Assembly (NCBI GenBank): GCA_034530875.2 | Contig: JAVRCJ020000006.1 | Span: forward strand, 160,001 to 224,000 | Origin: Nostoc sp. DedSLP01 | Lineage (GTDB): Bacteria; Cyanobacteriota; Cyanobacteriia; Cyanobacteriales; Nostocaceae | Reading direction: 5' to 3' | Length of the DNA stretch: 64,000 nucleotides | In this document: piece by piece, positions 10,145 to 20,014 of the stretch | Numbering within the stretch: the first letter of the stretch is position 1 | How the letters are laid out: each line of letters opens with the position of its first letter | Position numbers and translations under genes: made by a program | The notes under the pieces: model-generated | Databases searched by the model: none | The model's input: only the letters and a program-made list of their open reading frames with translations | What the model was told of the DNA's origin: nothing

Positions 10145-10702
10145 ATGACGAAGAAGTGGATTTTGTATAGTAAAGAAGACAGGCAAGTTAAATGGCCTAC
10201 TTGCATTAATAAGTTGTCGCCTGTTAAAAATAAAAATCCACTAGAGGGGGAATCGCTCGCCGAACTGAGAGAAGCACACACTTGGACAGATAGGTTTGAT
10301 GAAATGATCCTTTCAATTCGGTCAGTTTCAATTCTAGGAAAATGCAGTACAGCAAAATACTTAGAATGTCCAAACATACCCGATCATCATAGAGAAAATG
10401 CTAGAGATTCTACTAGGCTTTATAGAGAGCATCCATCAAAATATTTCGATAATATTGGACAGTATTACTGGGTAGATTTTGATATTATTACTTCAGATAA
10501 ATTGACAATGAAATTACGAATGGTTGTCAATGAGGGTGATGCTGATTGTAATGATGGTCAGTGGGGAGAAGTTTGGGAGAGCAATACGGGAAAGCCTGTT
10601 GCACAAATATTGAGTACTGGTGACATGGAAACGACAGTGGCGACCAGTTCAAGTGAATTGGACAAGCTTGTGCGTTTTATAATCGAAATCGTACTGTTTT
10701 AG
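10145..10702 (+). CDS. hypothetical protein
   Basis: 185 aa ATG-start ORF with protein-like composition; no motif recognised. Confidence 0.6.
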   Translation: MTKKWILYSKEDRQVKWPTCINKLSPVKNKNPLEGESLAELREAHTWTDRFDEMILSIRSVSILGKCSTAKYLECPNIPDHHRENARDSTRLYREHPSKYFDNIGQYYWVDFDIITSDKLTMKLRMVVNEGDADCNDGQWGEVWESNTGKPVAQILSTGDMETTVATSSSELDKLVRFIIEIVLF

Positions 10703-10804
10703 TCTTAGCGTTGATATCGATAATAATCAAAGTCTCCGGTCTAACATAACCTCTGAGATAGACGAGAATTTGCCACTATCAAGGCAGCGAATTTGAAGAT
10801 GCTT

Positions 10805-10924
10805 ATGACCCTGGCAATTGTCGCTGAAACTGATCCTCTGAAAGCAAATGAGGATGGTGTGATTCTTATAGGCAAAACCCGCGTGACATTGGATACTGTG
10901 GTTGCGGTCTTTAAGGAAGGCGCG
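10805..10924 (+). pseudogene. truncated DUF433 antitoxin-like gene
   Basis: 'MTLAIVAETDPLKANEDGVILIGKTRVTLDTVVAVFKEGA' matches the DUF433 N-terminus, then the frame runs into repeat DNA. Confidence 0.7.
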
Positions 10925-10960
10925 GTAGATTTTCTCTTAGTTCCTCTTCGGTTTCACTCT

Positions 10961-11108
10961 GAGTCTAATAGTCAATTTATGAAAAGATACGTAGGGTGTT
11001 ATAGCGGAGAGTACGACACCAAACCCTGGATAATTGTGCGTTACGAACTTCGTTCTAACACACCCTACAATACCTAATTTTGTTCAAAAATCAAATAGGA
11101 GTCCTATA
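10961..11108. repeat. REP/MITE-like palindromic element
   Basis: gtagggtgt (10991) / acaccctac (11060) arms with GTAG motif; outer arm ...tcaaaaatcaaataggagtcctata. Confidence 0.6.
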
Positions 11109-11124
11109 TCATCTTTAGACTCTG

Positions 11125-11158
11125 AAAAAACTTAGGGGCGGACAGTCGCCCACCCCTA
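11125..11158 (-). terminator. probable terminator after ndhF1
   Basis: tagggg...cccta GC-rich hairpin followed by a U-tract on the minus strand. Confidence 0.55.
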
Positions 11159-11164
11159 TTCAAA

Positions 11165-13267
11165 TCAGGTCACACCAAAAACGATCGCTAAACCCAAAAC
11201 AGCCCCAAACACAATCAAGGCATAGAATTGAGCGCGACCGTTTTCTAGATATTTCAAACCTTCGCCGCTGACAAGGGTGAAGAAACCTGTGAGGTTAACT
11301 GCACCATCGACAACGCGGAAGTCAACTTCCATAACTTGTCTAGCTACGCGACGCAAGCCAACGACAAAAACGCGATGGTAAATGTCATCAAAGTACCACT
11401 TGTTGAGGGATAACTCGTAAAGTGGTTTGATTTTAGCAGCGATCGCCGCCGGGTCAATTTTACCCCGCAAGTACATTAACAAAGCCAAGGTAATACCAAC
11501 TACGGAAATTGCCACGGAAGCACCCGCCATAATATAAAACTCTGTCGGGTCGAACTCAGCAGTTTTTTCGATAACTTCCGCGAGTGTTTCGCTTGGTGGA
11601 AAGATAAACTCCTCGAAGTAATTGGCAAAGGGAGTTCCTATCAAACCAATCAAAATCGAAGGCACTGCCAAAACTGCTAAAGGCAGAGTCATTGTCCACG
11701 GCGACTCATGAGGAGAATCGCTGTGATGTCCGTGGGAGTCATGGGAGTCATGATGACCGCCAGTTGCAGCCAATTCTCCTTTTTTCATTGCCCCAGGCCC
11801 AAAATTCGGCACTGGTTCTTCTGACTCTAATTCCAGGACGATTGTCGCCGCTTTTTTGAGTTTTTCCTTGATTTTGTTGTCAGTGCCGCGGAATTTGCCT
11901 TCAAATGTCATGAAATACATTCTAAACATGTAGAAAGCAGTAATCCCGGCGGTTACCCAGCCAATTAACCAGAGGAATGGGTTGGCTTGAAAAGCTTGCC
12001 CCAGAATTTCATCTTTTGACCAGAATCCAGCAAAGGGGGGGATACCAGAAATTGCCAAGCAACCAATCAAAAAGGTAGTTGCCGTCACTGGCATATACTT
12101 CCGCAGTCCTCCCATCAGCCGCATATCCTGGGCTAAGGCGGGGTCATGGCCGACGACACCTTCCATACCGTGAATTACCGAACCCGAACCCAAGAACAGC
12201 ATGGCTTTGAAATAGGCGTGGGTCATCAGGTGGAATAGTCCAGCACTGTACGAACCTATTCCCATTGCCATCACCATGTAACCGAGTTGGGAAATGGTGG
12301 AATAAGCTAAGCCTTTTTTGATGTCGTTTTGGGTAATGGCAATACTTGCCCCCAAAAACGCTGTAAATGCCCCAGTAAAAGCAATAACGTTCATTGCTGC
12401 TGGGACATGTTCAAATACTGGGTACATCCGGGCTACCAGGAAAACCCCTGCTGCCACCATTGTTGCCGCGTGAATCAAGGCAGAAATGGGGGTGGGGCCT
12501 TCCATCGCATCTGGTAGCCAGACGTGGAGGGGGAATTGGGCAGATTTTGCCACCGGGCCCAGGAAAACTAAAATCGCAAACAGGACAGCGAGAAAATTGC
12601 TGATACTACCTGTTTCGACGAGATGGGCGAGGCGATCGCCCATAATATTAAAATCAAAGCTTCCTGTTGCCCAGAATAGCCCTAAAATCCCCAGCAAAAG
12701 ACCAAAGTCGCCCACACGGTTGGTTACGAATGCTTTTTGCGCGGCATCTGCTGCTGACTTGCGATCGTACCAAAAGCCGACCAGCAAGTAGGAACACATC
12801 CCGACAAGTTCCCAGAATATATAAATTTGTACTAGGTTGGGGCTAAGTACCAAACCTAACATTGAAGAGCCAAATAAACTGAGATAAGCATAAAACCGGA
12901 CGTAGCCGGGATCGTGAGCCATGTAGCCATCGGTATAAACCATGACTAAAAAGGCTACTGTTGTCACGATTACCAGCATTAGGGCTGTCAGGTGGTCAAC
13001 AGTGTAGCCCATGCTCAGGTGAAAATTGCCTGCCGCAGCCCACTCTAAGGTATGGGTGTAAGCCGGATGTCCTTGGACTTGACTCCACAACAAGGCAAAC
13101 GACAGGGCCATAGCAGCTCCCATTAGGGAGATAATGACTACAGCGTTCAACTGCCGCAGACCGTTTGTCACCTGATTCAACGATATTAACCCTAGACCGA
13201 CCAGCATTGCCCCGAAAAGAGGTAATACCGGAATCAGCCAGGCATACTGATAGATCACTTCCATCAC
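11165..13267 (-). CDS. ndhF1: NAD(P)H-quinone oxidoreductase subunit 5 (NdhF1)
   Basis: 'KSAQFPLHVWLPDAMEGPTPISALIHAATMV', 'THAYFKAMLFL', His-rich loop. Confidence 0.95.
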   Translation of the reverse strand: MMEVIYQYAWLIPVLPLFGAMLVGLGLISLNQVTNGLRQLNAVVIISLMGAAMALSFALLWSQVQGHPAYTHTLEWAAAGNFHLSMGYTVDHLTALMLVIVTTVAFLVMVYTDGYMAHDPGYVRFYAYLSLFGSSMLGLVLSPNLVQIYIFWELVGMCSYLLVGFWYDRKSAADAAQKAFVTNRVGDFGLLLGILGLFWATGSFDFNIMGDRLAHLVETGSISNFLAVLFAILVFLGPVAKSAQFPLHVWLPDAMEGPTPISALIHAATMVAAGVFLVARMYPVFEHVPAAMNVIAFTGAFTAFLGASIAITQNDIKKGLAYSTISQLGYMVMAMGIGSYSAGLFHLMTHAYFKAMLFLGSGSVIHGMEGVVGHDPALAQDMRLMGGLRKYMPVTATTFLIGCLAISGIPPFAGFWSKDEILGQAFQANPFLWLIGWVTAGITAFYMFRMYFMTFEGKFRGTDNKIKEKLKKAATIVLELESEEPVPNFGPGAMKKGELAATGGHHDSHDSHGHHSDSPHESPWTMTLPLAVLAVPSILIGLIGTPFANYFEEFIFPPSETLAEVIEKTAEFDPTEFYIMAGASVAISVVGITLALLMYLRGKIDPAAIAAKIKPLYELSLNKWYFDDIYHRVFVVGLRRVARQVMEVDFRVVDGAVNLTGFFTLVSGEGLKYLENGRAQFYALIVFGAVLGLAIVFGVT

Positions 13268-13342
13268 TGACGCCTACTTTTAGAATTCTTGATTAGCGTG
13301 TCGGAACTGTTAACAATTGTGACACACACCCTTTAGGATAAA

Positions 13343-13375
13343 ATAACCCACCCAAGGCTGATTGGGTGGGGTATT
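13343..13375 (-). terminator. hairpin/terminator between trxC and ndhF1
   Basis: cccacccaa / ttgggtggg 9-bp stem. Confidence 0.55.
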
Positions 13376-13543
13376 AAGCATGGTTTTAGATTTGGGCTTA
13401 TGGCATAGAGCATTGGGCATAGGGGATTGGGAAAGGGCAAGGGGCAAAGGGTAAACGAAAAATCCCTCCTTTTCCCTTTTCCTCTATCTCCCCATCTCGT
13501 TTATCTCCATGCCCTATGCGCCATGCCCCCTTCCCTATTCCTA

Positions 13544-13930
13544 TCAAGCTGACCAATACTCCAAGTCAGCTGTTTTAGAACCCTTGTAGATTTTAGGGTA
13601 GCTAGTGTAGCTAACTTTGATATCTTCTAACGCCAAACGTAAATCTTCTCTGCCACGAAAACCTTCCAAGCGATGGCGAATGTTGCCATTTTCAATCAGT
13701 AGTAAAGTGGGCAGTGATTTGAGCTTATAAGTCGTAGACAATTTAAAATTTTGGTCGGCGTTAATCACAACCATTTTAATTTCCTCCCCACATTGGGCTT
13801 GAAATTGCAACAAAAGTGGGTGAATAATCCGACATAACCCACACCAAGGGGCTTCAAAATTCACTAAAACAGGAATTGGAGATTCTAAAACTTCTTGAGT
13901 AAATGTCCGCTCACTAACCGACAACACCAT
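13544..13930 (-). CDS. trxC: atypical cyanobacterial thioredoxin TrxC
   Basis: WCGLC active-site variant; located between nnrU and ndhF1 as is typical for trxC. Confidence 0.85.
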   Translation of the reverse strand: MVLSVSERTFTQEVLESPIPVLVNFEAPWCGLCRIIHPLLLQFQAQCGEEIKMVVINADQNFKLSTTYKLKSLPTLLLIENGNIRHRLEGFRGREDLRLALEDIKVSYTSYPKIYKGSKTADLEYWSA

Positions 13931-14577
13931 GACGCCTCTTGGATTATAGGGTTTTTATATTAAACTAGCTACTTGCACTCAATTCGTTAAACTGCTGAGT
14001 TTTGAGTCCGGAGGAGCCACCGCGGTCATTTGGTCTGCAAATTTAAAGCAAGTGGCGTTGCTGAATGGAAGTTCATGACTAAAGTTGGGGAATTGAATGA
14101 GGAAATCGTTTCTCTTTGCGATTCAAGTGGGGGCTGGGGACTACTTGCCAAGTAAGGAATACTAATGTTTTTGATTTTACTCATTACTTAGGACTCATTG
14201 CTTAGCAGTAGTTTGGTGAAAGATTAGCAAGCCAGTAAATTGCGATAGCTGCTTTTAGGAGATAATTTTCCGGACAGAACACGATCTAGACATAAATTTA
14301 CCGCGCCTATAGTGTCTGCTTTCAAAAAGCCAGCATAATTTTCACGGTGGCTTACACGTTTAATTTCTTATTGCCGTTGCTCCCTGAGAACTTAACTAAA
14401 ACGGTCGTTTACTCCCCAGGAGTGGCAGCTGACCAACACTTAACCCAGATAAAATTTCAATTTGACCGAACCCACCCCCAATGATGAATATTTGAGTTTA
14501 TCGTACATTGATTTGGGGGCAATTGATAAGTTGAAATTTTCATTGACTTGGGATTTTATGCTGACATTGGGGATCGG

Positions 14578-15300
14578 TTAGAATTCCCATTTTATCGTAC
14601 CAGTCGCTTCGAGCAATAGAGGGTGCGACCACCAAAATAAAGCCACAAAAATTGCAACTCCTAAATAGGCAGGTCGGATAAATTCCTGCCATTTGATAGA
14701 TTGACGTCCGTCAAGAATTGCCTTGAAGGGAATAATTGAAGTCCGCTGTTTGACCATTTCAAAGGCTTCCCCATAGCGTAAGCTCAAACGGCGATCGCCA
14801 TGCCAAACCCCAAATAAGTGATGCAAAATCAAGCCAATGGAGGTGACAACAGTAAAAGTAGTACCCAACCACAGAGTATGGGCAATACACCAAATTATTT
14901 GTCCTACCATCTGGGGATGACGAGTAATCCGCATAATTCCTGTTTCGTAGAGACGAACTTCAGGCTTTTGAATGGCAGCAATTTCTAGTAGATTGAAGGT
15001 ACCAGGATATAAAAACAAAAACGAAATTGCTGATAAAATCCAAACAAATTCTCTCACTCCCGGTACTCCTTGTACCTGCCAAAGTTGCAAACCATCATAG
15101 CGATGCCGAAAAAAGTAAATAATTAAGAGCACGGCCAATGGTAGGCTGACTAATGCAAAAATAATACGATAAAGCCTTGCCCCAATGTATTTTTCTGCCC
15201 GAGGGCGCAAAGCAGCGCCTCCACTGTGAGCGATCGCAAAAACTATTTGTAACCCTATTATCACAAAATGGCTGGGTGTCAACCAAGAAATCGGCATCAT
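14578..15300 (-). CDS. NnrU family membrane protein (zeta-carotene isomerase Z-ISO-like)
   Basis: 'FAIAHSG', 'GIMRITRHPQM', 'HGDRRL', 'TSIIPF' motifs; start placed at internal Met (ORF track 15354). Confidence 0.85.
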   Translation of the reverse strand: MMPISWLTPSHFVIIGLQIVFAIAHSGGAALRPRAEKYIGARLYRIIFALVSLPLAVLLIIYFFRHRYDGLQLWQVQGVPGVREFVWILSAISFLFLYPGTFNLLEIAAIQKPEVRLYETGIMRITRHPQMVGQIIWCIAHTLWLGTTFTVVTSIGLILHHLFGVWHGDRRLSLRYGEAFEMVKQRTSIIPFKAILDGRQSIKWQEFIRPAYLGVAIFVALFWWSHPLLLEATGTIKWEF

Positions 15301-15513
15301 AATACACGGGTGAAGTAATTTAAAGAAAACTGAATTCAGTACAACCAATACCACAAAGTATTCAAAAGGGGACTTTAGTTAAGATGTTGTGCTACTGTCT
15401 TTTTCGAGTCAAGCCTTCAAGTTTAAGATGCAACGAATCACATCCAGCCAATTGCTGCCGAAGATGATTTGCTGCGTACATTTGCTCCTTTCAAAGTTTG
15501 TGGGTTGAGCCTT

Positions 15514-16527
15514 ATGTCTGACCTTCCTTTCACTTTAGATCAGTTACGTATTTTGAAAGCGATCGCTGTAGAAGGAAGCTTCAAGCGCGCTGCTGATAGT
15601 CTTTACGTCTCCCAACCTGCCGTTAGTTTGCAAGTGCAAAATCTCGAACGACAGCTCGATGTTCCTTTATTCGACCGTGGAGGACGACGCGCACAATTAA
15701 CCGAAGCTGGACATCTACTGTTAAGTTACGGCGAAAAAATCCTCAGTCTGTGTCAGGAAACCTGCCGCGCCATCGAGGATTTGCAAAATCTCCAAGGCGG
15801 TACTTTAATTGTCGGTGCTTCTCAAACCACTGGCACGTACCTTTTGCCGAGAATGATCGGTATGTTTCGCCAAAGATATCCAGATGTGGCAGTGCAATTA
15901 CACGTCCACTCTACTCGCCGTACTGCTTGGAGTGTCGCTAACGGACAAGTCGATCTCGCCATCATTGGCGGTGAAATTCCCGGCGAACTCGGAGAATCAT
16001 TGGAAATTATTCCTTACGCGGAAGATGAACTAGCACTGATTTTACCTGTCTTTCATCCCTTAGCTAAACTTGAAAAAATCCAAAAAGAAGACCTGTATAA
16101 ATTACAATTCATCGCTTTAGATTCCCAGTCTACAATCCGCAAAGTAATTGACCAAGTATTAGCACGTTGTGAAATTGATACTAGGCGTTTTAAAGTGGAA
16201 ATGGAACTCAATTCCATTGAAGCAATTAAAAATGCCGTGCAATCTGGTTTAGGAGCTGCGTTTGTTTCGACTAGCGCCATTGCTAAGGAATTACAAATGG
16301 GCGTACTCCACTGTGCCACCATTGAAAACGTAATTGTAAAACGAACGCTGTGGCTGATTTTTAATCCCAACCGCTATCGTTCCAAAGCCGCAGAAGCCTT
16401 TAGTCAAGAAATTCTGCCCCAGTTTGCAAATCCTGGATGGAGCCAAGATGTGTTAACATTGACACAAAAAAATATAGTGCTAACTACATTGGATATAGCA
16501 ACACCTACATCTCCTGGCGAAGACTAA
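15514..16527 (+). CDS. pacR: LysR-type regulator, RbcR/Ycf30 group (PacR in Nostoc)
   Basis: '[36 protein letters not shown]' Ycf30-like N-terminus; divergent from nnrU-trxC-ndhF. Confidence 0.85.
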   Translation: MSDLPFTLDQLRILKAIAVEGSFKRAADSLYVSQPAVSLQVQNLERQLDVPLFDRGGRRAQLTEAGHLLLSYGEKILSLCQETCRAIEDLQNLQGGTLIVGASQTTGTYLLPRMIGMFRQRYPDVAVQLHVHSTRRTAWSVANGQVDLAIIGGEIPGELGESLEIIPYAEDELALILPVFHPLAKLEKIQKEDLYKLQFIALDSQSTIRKVIDQVLARCEIDTRRFKVEMELNSIEAIKNAVQSGLGAAFVSTSAIAKELQMGVLHCATIENVIVKRTLWLIFNPNRYRSKAAEAFSQEILPQFANPGWSQDVLTLTQKNIVLTTLDIATPTSPGED

Positions 16528-16670
16528 AATCTGGTCATTAGTCCTACTCTTACTTACAGGACGCTTGTGTGCGGCACGGCACGAAGGCATAGCTTGCTTC
16601 GACTCAGGGGTAAGAAAAATCTCCTTACAGCGTCCATGTCATTTGTCGTTTGTTTTTTGTAAATGACCAA

Positions 16671-16826
16671 ATAATTCGTAATTCGTAATTCGTAATTATT
16701 ACCCCAACTGCTGTAGCTGAGCTAAGGATTTGACATAAACAAAAAGTTTCCTGTTCTTAATAAAGAAATTTAGTTTCTCTATAACCTGAACCGATAGCGA
16801 ATTACGAATTATCAATTACGAATTAT
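16671..16826. repeat. inverted STRR arms (ttcgtaa)n ... (ttacgaa)n enclosing ~100 bp
   Basis: Direct reading of both arms. Confidence 0.7.
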
Positions 16827-16850
16827 TTTGACTAATGACTAATCACTAAA

Positions 16851-18248
16851 ATGGAAGTTTACTGCACTCGTCCAGGTTGCCCGCGCCCACAAAACTATTT
16901 TGCCGATCTAGATGATATTACAACCCTAAAAACAACGCAGCAAAAGTACTGTATTAGTTGTGGTATGCCACTATTGCTTGATGGTCGATATGTGACCGTT
17001 AAGTTATTGGGAAGAGGTGGGTTTGGAGCAGCATTTTTGGCACGCGATCGCCGAATTCCCGGAATGCGTCAATGCGTAGTTAAACAGTTTCAACCAGCAG
17101 GAAATTTAACTTCAACTCAACTGCAACAAGCACAGTTAATGTTTGAGAGGGAGGCAGAAGTTTTAGCCCAAATAGGTAACGAACACGAACAAATTCCTGA
17201 CTTGTTTGCCTTCTTTCCAGTCATACTTAACAGCTTGCAACCAGGACATCAAGACCAATTTTTTTACTTAGTACAAGAATATATTGATGGGCAAAACTTA
17301 GAAGAAGAATTAGCTCAACGCGGTAAATTTTCTGAACCACAAGTATTAGAAGTATTGCAAGAAATCCTGAAAATACTTAAGTTTGTTCATGAAAGAGGTA
17401 TCATCCACAGAGACATCAAGCCCTCTAACATCATGCGTCGTCGTGATGGGAAACTCTTCCTGTTAGATTTTGGTGCAGTCAAGCAAGTAGCAAACATTGC
17501 AGTCGGCGCTGCTTCTTCCACGGGAATTTATTCTCTAGGCTTTGCACCACCCGAACAAATAACTGGCGGCCAAGTATTTCCATCTACAGATTTATACGCC
17601 TTGGCTGTAACTGCAATCACCTTGTTAACAGATAAAGAAGCAACTCAATTGTTTGATGCCTATAGCAACCAATGGCAATGGCGATCGCACGTGAATGTCA
17701 GCCCACGCCTTGCTAACATTTTAGACCACATGCTTCTACCCGCTGCCAATCAACGCTTCCAATCAGCCCAAGAAGTTATAGATGCAATTAACTCACCGCA
17801 TCTAGCCCCGACACAAATTAACCCACTGTCTGCAACACTTCCGCCACAGCCACGCCAAAGCCCTAGCCCTCCCGTTCCCCGTACTCCGAGAACTCAACCA
17901 GCGTTTTCGACATTGGAATTATTGGGCGGAGCAGCTTTCAGCGGATTTGAAGGTGCATTGATAGCGATCGCTCTCTTGAGTTTAGTAAAATCGCTACCGA
18001 TCGCATTCGCTGTTGCATCCCTAATTTTGGGGATACTAATATTTGCCCAAACCAGGCGGTGGATTGAAAAGTTCGATTTATTAATTATTCCGGCAATTAC
18101 TTTTGCTATTATTTTTTTTCTACCTTTTTTAAAAGGAAGTCTTGGGATTCAGGCAATACTTATTTTAGCAGTTGCAGCTAGTTTAGTAGCCATCTCCATA
18201 ACAGCCATATTTCGACTTATTTATAAATTACTATCTCTCATTCTTTAA
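16851..18248 (+). CDS. Hanks-type Ser/Thr protein kinase with N-terminal 4-Cys (Zn ribbon) prefix, Pro-rich linker and ~4 C-terminal TM helices
   Basis: YC...C / C..CG prefix; GRGGFG, VVKQ, HRDIKPSN, DFG, APPE; hydrophobic C-terminal ~110 aa. Confidence 0.93.
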   Translation: MEVYCTRPGCPRPQNYFADLDDITTLKTTQQKYCISCGMPLLLDGRYVTVKLLGRGGFGAAFLARDRRIPGMRQCVVKQFQPAGNLTSTQLQQAQLMFEREAEVLAQIGNEHEQIPDLFAFFPVILNSLQPGHQDQFFYLVQEYIDGQNLEEELAQRGKFSEPQVLEVLQEILKILKFVHERGIIHRDIKPSNIMRRRDGKLFLLDFGAVKQVANIAVGAASSTGIYSLGFAPPEQITGGQVFPSTDLYALAVTAITLLTDKEATQLFDAYSNQWQWRSHVNVSPRLANILDHMLLPAANQRFQSAQEVIDAINSPHLAPTQINPLSATLPPQPRQSPSPPVPRTPRTQPAFSTLELLGGAAFSGFEGALIAIALLSLVKSLPIAFAVASLILGILIFAQTRRWIEKFDLLIIPAITFAIIFFLPFLKGSLGIQAILILAVAASLVAISITAIFRLIYKLLSLIL

Positions 18249-18496
18249 AAAAATTCTATTCTTAATATAATCATTGTCAAGAGCTGAGCCACAGACATTT
18301 CCCTTACTTTGGCAATAATCCATAACAAAGGAGGCAGGAGTTAGCAGCGAAAATTAACAAGGCTTGGATACCCAAGCTTGATAATTTGAAGAAAATCAAA
18401 AAATTAAAAATCATCACATACTTGATTCTGAATTCTGATTTTTGAATTTTCCCAAGCATCAAATAATAAAGAATTTTTATTTTATAAAAAATATTC

Positions 18497-19894
18497 ATGT
18501 CACAAAAGAATGAAACTATAGTTTTAGTATTGTCTCTATTACTGACAGTTGGAATTGTTGGGGCTGGTATTTGGTGGTTTACTCAAAATGGGGTCAATAT
18601 TAAAAACATCACCCCAAAAACGCCAGAGCCAGCTAACAATATATCATTAGAAGACCGCATTAGTTTTGGCGAAAAAAGTTTGATTCCAGGTGGAATTTCT
18701 CCAGTCAAAAAAGAGGGAGTACAAGCGATCGCTGCACAAAATTATGAGAAAGCGATCGCTAGTTTGTCAGCATCTTTAAAACTGCGACCCAACGATCCAG
18801 AGGCACTGATATATTTGAACAATGCCCGAATTGGGACTTCCAAAAGCTATACCATTGTTGGATCTGTGCCTATTGGTACAGATCCCAATACTTCCCTAGA
18901 AATTTTACGTGGCATTGCACAAGCCCAAAATACTATTAATAGCTCTGGCGGAATTAAGAATGTGCCATTAAAAGTAGGGATAGCTAACGATGATAATAAT
19001 CCAGAAATCTCCAAAAAAATCGCTGCTAATTTAGTTAATAATTCCCAAGTATTAGGTATAGTTGGCCACAACGCCAGCGATACTACCTTAGCCGCCGGCA
19101 CGGTCTATAATACCGGAGAACTGGTAGCCATTTCCCCTACCAGTAGTTCTGTGAAAATTTCTAACTTTAGCCGCTACGTTTTTCGCACAGTTCCTAGCGA
19201 TTTTATGGCTGCTAGAAGTTTAGCCAACTACATGGTGAAAATTTTGCAGAAAAAAAATGTAGCGGTTTTCTTTAATTCTGAAAGTAACTATAGCCAGTCT
19301 TTAAAATCAGAGTTCGTTTCCTCGGTGTCTTTGGAAGGTGGACAGGTATTAAGCGAATTTGACTTATCCAAGGCAGATTTTAGTGCAGCTAAAAGTGTAG
19401 AACAAGCAACTAAGCAAGGTGCAGAAGTGTTGATGTTAGCTGCTAACGCTGAAACTCTGGATAAAGCACTGCAAGTAGTTCAAATTAACCAGAAAAAGTT
19501 AACTTTGCTGGGAGGAGATGATGTTTACACACTCAAAACGTTAGAAATTGGTAGAGAACAAGCTGTGGGGATGATATTAGCAGTTCCCTGGCATATTGAA
19601 GGCGATCGCAATTCAGATTTTCCCCAGAAATCGCGGCAGTTATGGGGCGGTGATGTGAGTTGGCGGACTGCCACCAGTTATGATGCTACAGTAGCTTTGA
19701 TTGCCGCCTTAAAACGCAATCCTACACGCTCTGGAGTCCAACAAGCACTCTTATCCTCTGATTTCTCTGCCACTGGTGCTTCTGGTACAATTCGCTTTTT
19801 ATCATCAGGCGATCGCAACGCCCCAGTCCAACTTGTCAAAATCGTTCCAGGCTCTCGCTCTCGTACTGGGTATGATTTTGAACCAGTGAGATAA
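18497..19894 (+). CDS. membrane-anchored type I (LivJ-like) solute-binding protein with TPR-like segment
   Basis: N-terminal TM, 'NDPEALIYLNNA', 'AISPTS', 'YVFRTVPSD', 'ATGASGTIRF..GDR'. Confidence 0.88.
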   Translation: MSQKNETIVLVLSLLLTVGIVGAGIWWFTQNGVNIKNITPKTPEPANNISLEDRISFGEKSLIPGGISPVKKEGVQAIAAQNYEKAIASLSASLKLRPNDPEALIYLNNARIGTSKSYTIVGSVPIGTDPNTSLEILRGIAQAQNTINSSGGIKNVPLKVGIANDDNNPEISKKIAANLVNNSQVLGIVGHNASDTTLAAGTVYNTGELVAISPTSSSVKISNFSRYVFRTVPSDFMAARSLANYMVKILQKKNVAVFFNSESNYSQSLKSEFVSSVSLEGGQVLSEFDLSKADFSAAKSVEQATKQGAEVLMLAANAETLDKALQVVQINQKKLTLLGGDDVYTLKTLEIGREQAVGMILAVPWHIEGDRNSDFPQKSRQLWGGDVSWRTATSYDATVALIAALKRNPTRSGVQQALLSSDFSATGASGTIRFLSSGDRNAPVQLVKIVPGSRSRTGYDFEPVR

Positions 19895-20014
19895 GAGGAT
19901 TGGGGATTAAGGAGTATAAAAGACAAGAATACTTGAGTGAAAACTTGCAACAAGTCTTTCCTGTTGTCTTCATTACATACCTAGTCCCCAGTAAATCGGC
20001 TCAGGGGAAATATT

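Noticed and set aside
10738..10760. Integron attC-like RYYYAAC (gtctaac) in the TA hotspot
   Set aside because: No matching GTTRRRY arm or attC fold and no integrase; the 7-mer is expected by chance
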